A stretch of DNA of 64,000 bases. Source: Schmidtea nova. Lineage: Eukaryota. A model generated the notes under the pieces. It was not told the DNA's origin, searched no databases, and worked only from the letters and a program-made list of their open reading frames with translations. Both the position numbers and the translations under genes were made by a program. Numbering within the stretch: the first letter of the stretch is position 1; each line of letters starts with the position of its first letter. This document shows positions 11,149 through 21,200 of the stretch, piece after piece. The DNA is taken from NCBI GenBank assembly GCA_044892505.1, contig CM097883.1, positions 275,094,001 through 275,158,000 on the forward strand, given 5' to 3'.

Positions 11149-11610
11149 ATGGAGGAAAAACTGAAAGAAATCGAAGAATTCCTCAACACAGAAAGCGAAA
11201 CATTAGAAACGATTGGCAAGAAAATAAACCGATTTAGAGAAATTGAATTTCAAGAACCCACAACACAGACTGAGGAAACAGATGAATTAATAAAGATAAC
11301 AGAAAGAATAAGTAAAATCGACATAGAGACCCGCTACAAATGGTACAGAACACGATTAGAAAATGCAGAATTAAATATTAAGTGCAGGCAAATAGAACAA
11401 CAGTTAACCTCAACATACAATCGATGGAGGGCGCAAGGGGTAGAAGCAGCGAAAAAATACCGACAGTGCTATATATGTGGGGATAGCGAGATACAAATTA
11501 TGTTTTTACCTTGCGGACATTTTCGTTTTTGTAAGATATGTGCCAGCAAGTGCGACCTATGTCCTATGTGCAACCTGATGATAGACGATAAAATTATTGT
11601 ATATTTATAA
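11149..11610 (+). CDS. Coiled coil plus C-terminal IAP-type RING finger protein (153 aa)
   Basis: CYICGDSEIQIMFLPCGHFRFCKICASKCDLCPMC followed by IIVYL*, the spacing and terminus of XIAP/cIAP RINGs; no BIR domain visible. Confidence 0.85.
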   Translation: MEEKLKEIEEFLNTESETLETIGKKINRFREIEFQEPTTQTEETDELIKITERISKIDIETRYKWYRTRLENAELNIKCRQIEQQLTSTYNRWRAQGVEAAKKYRQCYICGDSEIQIMFLPCGHFRFCKICASKCDLCPMCNLMIDDKIIVYL

Positions 11611-12085
11611 TAAATAAAATTTGAATGGAATTTTATTGGTTTATTAATGATGAAATCATGGGTACAATTGTCATATATAAATAATTTTTGAGCTACTGCA
11701 AAGTAGTCCGATAGGAATCCATTGGGAGGTACCGATTGATCAACTTATTCAGGGTGTATAGAAAGGGGCCCATCGCAAATGTTGGAAAGTTTTTGTGATG
11801 TGATTGATCACCACATCCTGCATTAATGGACCAACGCGATCTTTTTGTATATTTTGGTTGGGGAGAGAGATAGGGAAATCTTGATGGAGTAAAGCGCGCA
11901 TAAGAAAAATAAATAAAAAGTTGAAGCAGACTGATCAGGAATAGTTATGATAGAATAAAGAGATAAATGACAAATTTTGAAAGAATAAAAGGTGCATAGT
12001 CAGCTCGCATAGAAGTAGTTATAACTCAGCTGAGAAATTTTAATCGCTAGCGAAGTAGGGAAGTGTGATTAACCGGTTAAGTAAA

Positions 12086-12467
12086 GTTAGGAGATTTGTC
12101 CCTTGAAACAAAGGGTTAGGAGATTTGTCCCTTGAAACAAAGGGTTAGGAGATTTGTCCCTTGAAACAAAGGGTTAGGAGATTTGTCCCTTGAAACAAAG
12201 GGTTAGGAGATTTGTCCCTTGAAACAAAGGGTTATGAGATTTGTCCCTTGAAACAAAGGGTTAGGAGATTTGTCCCTTGAAACAAAGGGTTAGGAGATTT
12301 GTCCCTTGAAACAAAGGGTTATGAGATTTGTCCCTTGAAACAAAGGGTTAGGAGATTTGTCCCTTGAAACAAAGGGTTATGAGATTTGTCCCTTGAAACA
12401 AAGGGTTATGAGATTTGTCCCTTGAAACAAAGGGTTATTAGCGGTTTGTCCCTTGAAAAAAAGGGTT
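12086..12467 (+). repeat. Tandem array, 29-bp unit, about 13 copies
   Basis: Unit GTTAGGAGATTTGTCCCTTGAAACAAAGG with a GTTATGAG variant; no spacers. Confidence 0.95.
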
Positions 12468-12509
12468 GAGGCCAATGAGCCTTATTGAATGACCTAGCTA
12501 GGCGTTATG

Positions 12510-12795
12510 GAGAGATTAAACTGAGGCCAATAGAGCCATTTGAGAGATTAAATTGAGGCCAATAGAGCCATTTGAGAGATTAAATTGAGGCCAATAGAGC
12601 CATTTGAGAGATTAAATTGAGGCCAATAGAGCCATTTGAGAGATTAAATTGAGGCCAATAGAGCCATTTGAGAGATTAAAATTGAGGCCAATAGAGCCAT
12701 TTGAGAGATTAAATTGAGGCCAATAGAGCCAGGTGAGATAGTAAAATGAGGCCAATAGAGCCATGTGAGATATAAAATTGAGGCCAGAAGAGCCA
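12510..12795 (+). repeat. Tandem array, 32-bp unit, about 9 copies, each with a CCAAT box except the last
   Basis: Unit TGAGGCCAATAGAGCCATTTGAGAGATTAAAT; CCAAT at 12527, 12559, 12591, 12623, 12655, 12688, 12720, 12752. Confidence 0.95.
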
Positions 12796-13408
12796 TAGTG
12801 AATTATAGAGATATCCGGATAAATAGTAACAGGGGGAATATAGACCCATAGTATAATCGTCGACGAGATTTAGAGTAGTGCGCACCAGTAGTTAAGAGAA
12901 TGCGAGTAAAGCTGATTATGCAACCTTAAGTAAAGCATGCAAGGAGAATAGTAAAAATTTGGGCTGACCGGAGCAACCGGCAGAATGAGTAGAACGATTG
13001 TTAGCAGGGAATAATGAATAGAAATGATAAAATAATGATAAACGAGTCAGGAAGACTCAGGGAATTAGAGCGCTCGAGCGACCAATAAATTGGGAAACTG
13101 TGGGAAAAGTAATCGATTTGATAAAACATAGATAATTATTACGACGTAAATAGATAATTGTGACCAGTCTATAGATAATTTAAATAGACTAAAAATAAAG
13201 GGGAATCTGGGAATTGGGAAATAATGAAAACCCAGTAATAAGTAATCCCGAAAGAAAGGGAATAAAAGCGCGACGATAACAATAATGTATCGTTGAGGAC
13301 CTTTGTATTTTAGATATACAAATCAATCAAATCAATCAATCAAGCAAGAAGAATCAGAAAAACGATAAGAGATAGAACAGGAAAATTGAGTATACAAAAG
13401 TAATCCCC

Positions 13409-16400
13409 TTGAGAAAAGGAGCAAAGAGTGTCGAAGTAAAGCCAACGGAAAAGAAAGTCGATAGCAACAGTAATAAAAAAGACAAAACTAGTACTACAAC
13501 AAAATCAACAAAAAAGCAGAAAGCCGGCAAAGATAACCCACAAGGGAGTAAATCGAGGAAAATAATAAGAGATAAATCGATTACCGAGAACGATAAATTG
13601 TCAATAATAAGCAACAGCTCAAGTAACAAAGAAAACCAAGCCGAACCCAAGGAGAACCAAGCAAGTGAAACAGAGAGCGACGAAACTAACAACGATAATA
13701 TCGAAGAAGTAGAAAACGAGGTAGAACCAGAGATAGAAATCAACGCGAGTGATAACGAAAGTATAATATCAGATAACGAAGGAATAAGAGAAACAGAAAG
13801 CGATTCAAGCTCGAGTGGAACAGAAGACGAACATAACAACGAATTAGAAACAAGAGGAAACGAAAGTAAAATAACTCAAGACAGCGGAATTGAAATGAGC
13901 GAACCAAGAGAAGAAATAAAGGATAAATTTTCGGGAGAACCGTTTAACGGAGATGCGAGTAAATTAGAAATTTTTCTCAAGGAATTTGGCATATTCGTGG
14001 AAGTATGCAAATGGAAAGCTGAGACAACAGCAAGTAGAATACAGTTATATTTGAAAGATAGCGCATTGGACCTATATTTGGAAGCAAAAAACGGTACCAA
14101 TCCACCTGCAGACTGGCCAGCGATAAAGGACTTTTTCCAACAAACATTTGGAATAAATAGAGTGCTGAGCGAAGCATTCATAGAATTTTCAATGAGAAAA
14201 CAAAAGATGAATGAATCTAACGCGGTATACGCGAGCGAATTGAAAAAATTAGCAAAATCGGTATTCAAGGATGGGAGTCCAATAAACGAGGAATTAATGG
14301 CAGCTATCTTCATAGGAGGATTAAGAAGACCTGACATAAGAGCGCAAGTAGGATGCCAAGGATGCAAAACCCTAGACCAAGCATTAGAAACAGCTAACAG
14401 ATTCGAACTGCATATGATAGGAAGTGAGGGCAGAATTTATTTAGCCATGGATACAGCGCAAACCGAACCAGAGGTAAATCTCAACAATCACATTCCAAAT
14501 TCGCAACAATTAAACCGACCACCCCCTCAACGAAGGAATGAAGGAAATAAAGTGCAGAACTTTGAAAACCAAAACAATTACAACCCTCAAAGACAAACAA
14601 AACAATGTAAAACATGCGGGAAGTTGGGACACTGGCAGCAAGAATGCTATCAAAATTTGAATTGCGGAAAATGTGGAGTTAAAGGACACTCGGAAAGCAG
14701 ATGTTCTACGATAATCTGTTTTAATTGCGGACGACCTGGTCACTATTCAAGGAATTGCGGACAAAAAGGTAATCAACGAGGAAATTGGCAGAGTAATGGG
14801 AACCGACCAAATTACGGAAATCAAGCAAATACCGTAAACCGACCAGATTATGGGAACCAACAAGTCAATAATAACAATAATCAGAACAAAACCACCCCCA
14901 AAGAAATACATTTAATGCAAGAAGTCCAAAGATTGACGGAACTTATAAACAATACGACGAGAGGAAATCCGCAAACCAATCAACAGCAAATTAGCATGAT
15001 GAGAAAAATAGAAAGCGAAAACGAACGATTGAATCAAGAAAGTCAAGCACGACACGCTCAGGAATGGGCAAGAATACAAAGAGAGGATGAACAAAAACAG
15101 CAAGAAAGAGAGCGACAACCTCTAAGAATTAACATGCTAAGAGCAACAAACCAAACAGACACTCGCGAGAAAGAAACCACACTGGAAATGAATTCGATAG
15201 ACCCAAATCCAGCCGACAACGAAAGTCGAAAAGAGACAGTACAAAAAGACGAAGAAGTAGAAAAAGAAATAAAAAAGGAAGGGGAAACTGAGATAAACCA
15301 GGAAGAGAGAAGAAAAATTTGGAAAAAAGGAATGATGGTAATCATGCCCAACGACCATATGTTTCGATTCCAATATAACGCAAAAGAAAAGGTGGAAATA
15401 CTATTCAATAAAGTAAACCAGATGATTCCAGGAGTGACAAAACTGCCCAGAGAAGCGTTCTTACAAATAGGAGATGCACCATCAGTAAAATTGAAATTAA
15501 CGGATATATGGGAAAACATGGGAGTAGTAGAAACAAAAAGAAATGTGATGAGAATTAAAGAAATAGAACCAGAAGAAATTCCACCACCAATACGTCACGA
15601 AACCCGAATCCGGCGAATATTTGAAGGAAAAATGATAAGAAGGCGTTTAAAAGAGATAGACGAGTTGGGAAAGAAAATGGAAAAAGTCGAAGTAATAGAG
15701 GACAAGAGTGAACCAACACCAGAAATTGACAAAAACGAACCAGAACCAACGGAGAATATACAAGGAGAAACGAACCAAATAGCACATATTAATATGCTAA
15801 GAAATACCACCAGAGAGTTTTCCGATGAAGAAGAAGATAGTGATATCAGTAGCCTAGCAGGAGACATATTAAACGAATCCGAAGATGAAAATAAAGAGAG
15901 AGAAGTAATAAAGACCTCAGAACCTACACAGATAAAAGTAGATGAAATCCAGAAATTACTAGATAACTCACTAGAAGTAATATATAACGAAGAGTTCATG
16001 GACAAGAAACAATATCGGAAATTCATGAAAGCATTATTACAAATGAACTACAAAGAATGGTTACAAGACCGGGAAGTAGACATGTTGAATCGATACGTAG
16101 GGAAATTAATAGAGGAACCACTCCTCAATTACACCATCTCAATAATAATAAATACATCTACACCAAGAATCTGGATCAAAACTCCATTTACAGACGATAT
16201 CTACAGATGGGTAGAGGATAGACTAGGGAGCTCATATAAAAACAAATTCATCTATTCGCAGAATAGACTCGTAAAGAAAAGAACTCACTTAGTAGAAACA
16301 GGTATATGGCCAGGAGAAATAACCCTGTTATCAATATGTGATGAAAAAGAAGAAGAGAACCTACAAGAAGTTGCAAGGGAAGCAAACGCGTGCTTCGAAA

Positions 16401-18247
16401 GGAGAATAAAACCACGGTTAGAATACGAGAAAGAACGAGTTTTGCGAAAGAATCTAAATTCCCTGATAGAACAAATCATACCACAAGTCAAAAAACATAG
16501 AAAAGAGTTAATGAGAAACGAATACGAGAAATTGAAACGATGTATTGAGTGCATACGTGACACAAGTCACACGAGATGGTCACAGATCTCACACGACAAA
16601 TTAATCGCAAAAATGGGAAAAACAATGTTTAGACAAGGGAAAATAACAGATCTAAAAATTTCGGTAGAATTACCTAATGAGGACACCAAAGAAATTGAGG
16701 TGGTAGCGGACTGCACCATTAAGGAATTAATAAATGTCATCAACGAGACACTAGTGCAAAGAGAACCAGAAGACGAATGGGAAGACGACATAATCATACA
16801 ATACAACGAACATGTATTATGGGATCACGATGAGAGACGATTATATAAAATCGGTATATGGGATAATCACCAAACAATCCACGTTAGCAGAATGGACAAT
16901 ACACCCAGAGAAACTGCTAAAGATGAGAAAAGAGAACGGGAACGACGGAAAGAAGTTGTGCGTAAATTACAACAAATAGTAGAAATTTATCGAAATTGGC
17001 GAATTTGGCCAGAGTGGGAAAATGTATTAGAAGAACTCAATCTCAACAGACGAATACGAACACCCGTAGAAAAACAATGGAACGAGAAAGGAAAATGTTG
17101 GGAACCAAAAGAAGGGGAATATGAAGAAGAATATAAAAGAGGAATTGAAGATGACTGTGAACCAGAGATAGGAAGAGTTTGCATGGTAACAAGGAAAGCT
17201 ACGCCAATAGACCTAGATGGACCAGAAACCGCGGCTATGTGGTTGGAAAGGGAAAAGCAAAAAACGGAAGAATTCGTCGAAATATTAAAAACTAATGCGC
17301 ACGGTAAGAGAAAAGTAATAAAGGGTCTCGCAGATTTTTTCGTGGTAAATGGGGAGGATATAACATGCTTACGTAAAGTAGCAAAAGCAATCGCGGAATA
17401 TAAAAGAGTTAACGAGTGGTGTCCGGAACAACTAGACCACGTAATTAGGAAATGGAGAAATCAAGAATTCTCGCAAGAAATTCCACAGAAAGTACATTTA
17501 AGAATAATATACCCAAACAAGGATAAGGAAGAGTTGTGGGTAGGAATAGCAGAAAAAATTCGAGATATTAAAAAGAAATTGAGATACGAACCACCATTCC
17601 ATTTACAACATCAAGGACGATCATTAGATAACAGTTTAGAGATTGGAATAACGCCAGCACAATTAGACCTCATGAATACCTTGACAGTAGAAGCAATAGC
17701 GGGTCAACCATTGAAACGTAAAGAAGAAAACCATAAACCACACGGAAGTATAAGTACGCCGAGCCCGATGAAATCAGCACTAACACCAGGGACAAGTTCG
17801 AGACGATCTGAGACAACACCCAGAGGAAATAGAGAAAGGACTCCACCACAACCATATGACGTGGACGAAATATTTACAGACAGCGACGATATGATAGAAG
17901 AATTAACCGAATTAACAAGGGAAAAGGACGATAACATTTTCGAAAGAATACAAGAACTACCTACAACAATACAAGTAACCAACACCGGAGAAACAGAAGT
18001 CGAAGAAGAGATAATAATAGAAGAGGTAAACGATTTGACGGAAGATGAAACGAGAGGAGCAAATGTCGAAAATGTACAATTAACACAAGAAATGGAAAGA
18101 TGGTTAGAAGAAAGAGCTAACGAACCAAGAGATGTCACCGAAGAAACAGGACGAGCAACAAGGTTTGTGGAAACAGGTACAGGAATGGATAAACGACCTA
18201 GAGGTAGACCTAAGACAGACCCAGCAAACTGTAGTTGTAAGAAATAA
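13409..18247 (+). CDS. gag: Extended Gag: capsid, three CCHC zinc knuckles and a long C-terminal extension with ubiquitin-like modules
   Basis: Capsid-like PFNGD...FLKEF, YLKDSALDLY, FIGGL; CKTCGKLGHWQQEC, CGKCGVKGHSESRC, CFNCGRPGHYSRNC; frame open from 13376 but first ATG at 13895, so the true start is uncertain. Confidence 0.92.
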   Translation: MRKGAKSVEVKPTEKKVDSNSNKKDKTSTTTKSTKKQKAGKDNPQGSKSRKIIRDKSITENDKLSIISNSSSNKENQAEPKENQASETESDETNNDNIEEVENEVEPEIEINASDNESIISDNEGIRETESDSSSSGTEDEHNNELETRGNESKITQDSGIEMSEPREEIKDKFSGEPFNGDASKLEIFLKEFGIFVEVCKWKAETTASRIQLYLKDSALDLYLEAKNGTNPPADWPAIKDFFQQTFGINRVLSEAFIEFSMRKQKMNESNAVYASELKKLAKSVFKDGSPINEELMAAIFIGGLRRPDIRAQVGCQGCKTLDQALETANRFELHMIGSEGRIYLAMDTAQTEPEVNLNNHIPNSQQLNRPPPQRRNEGNKVQNFENQNNYNPQRQTKQCKTCGKLGHWQQECYQNLNCGKCGVKGHSESRCSTIICFNCGRPGHYSRNCGQKGNQRGNWQSNGNRPNYGNQANTVNRPDYGNQQVNNNNNQNKTTPKEIHLMQEVQRLTELINNTTRGNPQTNQQQISMMRKIESENERLNQESQARHAQEWARIQREDEQKQQERERQPLRINMLRATNQTDTREKETTLEMNSIDPNPADNESRKETVQKDEEVEKEIKKEGETEINQEERRKIWKKGMMVIMPNDHMFRFQYNAKEKVEILFNKVNQMIPGVTKLPREAFLQIGDAPSVKLKLTDIWENMGVVETKRNVMRIKEIEPEEIPPPIRHETRIRRIFEGKMIRRRLKEIDELGKKMEKVEVIEDKSEPTPEIDKNEPEPTENIQGETNQIAHINMLRNTTREFSDEEEDSDISSLAGDILNESEDENKEREVIKTSEPTQIKVDEIQKLLDNSLEVIYNEEFMDKKQYRKFMKALLQMNYKEWLQDREVDMLNRYVGKLIEEPLLNYTISIIINTSTPRIWIKTPFTDDIYRWVEDRLGSSYKNKFIYSQNRLVKKRTHLVETGIWPGEITLLSICDEKEEENLQEVAREANACFERRIKPRLEYEKERVLRKNLNSLIEQIIPQVKKHRKELMRNEYEKLKRCIECIRDTSHTRWSQISHDKLIAKMGKTMFRQGKITDLKISVELPNEDTKEIEVVADCTIKELINVINETLVQREPEDEWEDDIIIQYNEHVLWDHDERRLYKIGIWDNHQTIHVSRMDNTPRETAKDEKRERERRKEVVRKLQQIVEIYRNWRIWPEWENVLEELNLNRRIRTPVEKQWNEKGKCWEPKEGEYEEEYKRGIEDDCEPEIGRVCMVTRKATPIDLDGPETAAMWLEREKQKTEEFVEILKTNAHGKRKVIKGLADFFVVNGEDITCLRKVAKAIAEYKRVNEWCPEQLDHVIRKWRNQEFSQEIPQKVHLRIIYPNKDKEELWVGIAEKIRDIKKKLRYEPPFHLQHQGRSLDNSLEIGITPAQLDLMNTLTVEAIAGQPLKRKEENHKPHGSISTPSPMKSALTPGTSSRRSETTPRGNRERTPPQPYDVDEIFTDSDDMIEELTELTREKDDNIFERIQELPTTIQVTNTGETEVEEEIIIEEVNDLTEDETRGANVENVQLTQEMERWLEERANEPRDVTEETGRATRFVETGTGMDKRPRGRPKTDPANCSCKK

Positions 18248-21200
18248 AGACGAAAAGAGACAAGATCAATGGGAATTATGTTTAAGGAAATTAAATAAAA
18301 TTGCGGAGATGAAAGAAAAAGAGACAACACCAATATGTCAAGGGGAGGAATGGATATCGAAAACAATAATGGAGATATTGGCAATAATTGATCCGGAATT
18401 GAGAAAATACTGGCGGATAACTGAGATAAGCGAAAAGGCGAAGTCACTACACAGCGCAATCGCACCCATTTTACCAGAATTCATAAAAGAAAAGACGAAA
18501 TCAAATCACTTAGACTGGCAAGGAACCACTATGTTAATAAAGAAACTGACAGAAGGAGCGGAAACGGATAATAAATACGTAATAGCCATTGCATACACGA
18601 TCTACAATCTATTAACATTGAGAAGAGGTCGACCAAAACCCACTGCATTAGAGAGACATATAAAGAATACCGCAAAGATTATAGCTAGAGAAATAGAACC
18701 CTACGTCATTAACAAAGGAGGATGGGAAACATTTATAAAAACTAACCAGAAGAAAACCCAAGCCAAGAATATGAAAAAGAAATTCGAAAAAATATTGGAA
18801 GAGTTAGGAAAAGAACAAGCAGGAACAGGAAACGCAAAGTCATCAATGAATCTGAGTGCTATAATAATGATGATGTTGATTTGGATGATTAGCACCGATA
18901 GCGCAACAGCATTCGAAGTGTTTGATTGCGACCAAATGAAGTTAGGAGAAAAGTATTCATTGAGAGGTACGGAGCAATGCAAAGATGCGACTCCAGTAGA
19001 GTTGCAAAAGATTAAAAAGGAACAATGGTACCACGTGTATCAAGAAGCAGAACTCATAAAGACAATGGTGAATGAATGTAAAGTGCAGAAGACGAGATTC
19101 GCGTTCTACTGCGGGAGAGGACATTATTCAGCAATTGTCATGCCAGGAACGGAAAGAGAACCAATCGTGTTACAAGGAGAAGACTGCGAAGCACTGTTTA
19201 AACATGGAGAAGTAACAACAAGAGATAAAATCAAGATAAGAGGAAAGCCAGGAATGATGATGCAACAAACGTACTATGTAGCAGGACGGATTACGGGAGG
19301 AGAAGGATATTGTCAAGGAGAAACCTACCCGATATTCGGAGTACCCGCAACCAACCTAGTAGTAATGGATACGTATATAGTCGAATTAAAAAGCTATGAA
19401 GCATTCTTCGAACCAACAACGGGAGAAATGAAAACGTTATCCATGTGTAAAATCGACAGGAGCATGTGTCAAACGGGAATGTCAACATTAGTGTACAAAC
19501 CAAAGGTAAACGAATGTCAGTTACAACTGCTACAAGGAGCAAAGTTCGACGAAATCCAAGGAAAAACGTTCCAGGAAGAAGACGATGACGACAAAGATAG
19601 AGCAAAGCATCTCAAGGAAGCTTTAGAGAATAAAAGACAACTGAAACCAGATCATAGAGAAAAACGAATAGAGATGAGAGCCACACCAACAGTATTGATA
19701 ACCACAAATCAGGATGTGGGAATGAGGTTCATAAAAGGAAAAGCAACCCTCAAGTGTAGTACAACGGTATACGAAACAAATTACCCAGGAATATATGTGT
19801 CAAAACAAGAAGTGCCAAACGCGAAACCCAAAATCGACACAATGGATATCAAACTACATTTGTATGTAAATAATAAAATGGATTTCCTATTCCATAGAGG
19901 ACAAGCCTCATTACAAAAAGTGTACTACGATCTAATAAATAATGATTGTATACTGAATCGAGAAATATTAAAGACAAAGTTGGCCGTAGCGATTACGAAT
20001 CCAGATAGCGCGATGCCATTATTACCACTGAGAGAAGGACATTTCGGAAGAGTGGTTGGAGAAGCAATGTATGTATACATTTGCGAAAAGACACACGCGT
20101 CACTAGCAGCAACAACACAGTTGAAACCTGGAACCTGTACAAATGAGTTAGAAATCGATTACAAAGGAAAAGTACGATACGTTCAACCGGTGACGAGAAT
20201 CATCAATCCACCAGGGTTTGAACCAAATCCATTCAACTGTAGTAATGCGTATGGACCACTTTATCAGAAACCAGATGGTAAATGGGTTATGTTCCCAGGA
20301 AGATCCGAAGTGATAGCACCAAGAGAATTCGAGCTAATGCAGTTGTCAAAGGATAGGCAATTCAGCGACGTGGATGTCTCAAACAATGGAATATATAGCC
20401 CAAAGGATTTAGAAGCAGCAAGGCAGAATATATTATTCCCAGCGAGAAGAGAAGCATTACTGTCAAATATCGTAACGATAACAGGAGGAACGGATTATCG
20501 AGAAGGACCGAATTATGAACTATTGTTGTCACCAGCACATTTCAAAAAAGCCACAGAAAACATGATGAAAGCAATGTGGGGAAGATTTCTGATATTCGGA
20601 CAAATGATGGCTGGAATACTGGGGGTTATATTAATCATCCAAATCGTCAGAGTAATAATAACACAAATGTTAGCATGTTTTGACATCTACAAGAGAGAAA
20701 AGAAAGTGAATTGGAAAATGGTAGTAGGATTTTTACCATTCCTTGCGAAAACGATGGTGTTACACGGTCACTCAAAAGATATCCACCGAATAAAAAGACT
20801 CCTAAAGATATTAGCAAAAATGAAGGGAACAGATGAAGAAGTAGGACGAAAATTTAAAAAGATAATGAATGACGAACAAGCAAGACAACAGCTCAAGAGA
20901 GAAAGAAAAGGTTTATGGGAGAGGATGAAAGGATATAAAACCCAAAATGATTCGAGTGACGACGATGACGACGATGACGACTATAAGGGAGGACAAGTGT
21001 ATAAGAACCAAGCACCACAATACATCGAAAAGAATCCAGCCGACGCATGGAAATGTTACGCACCTCCACCAACAATGTACCAAGAACCACTACAAGGAGG
21101 AAAAAATAGCACGATGCAAATGATGCCAATGACAAATGTATACCCCATGATACCAGAAGATTATAAAATGAGAAGATGTAGAAGCGTAGATCCACAAGGA

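Noticed and set aside
12086-12795. Regular short repeats that might be read as a CRISPR array
   Set aside because: Units are directly adjacent with no unique spacers, there are no cas genes, and the context is eukaryotic.
20955-20990. DDDDDDDDYK, reminiscent of a FLAG tag or vector sequence
   Set aside because: Order differs from DYKDDDDK and it lies in a natural acidic linker with native codon usage.
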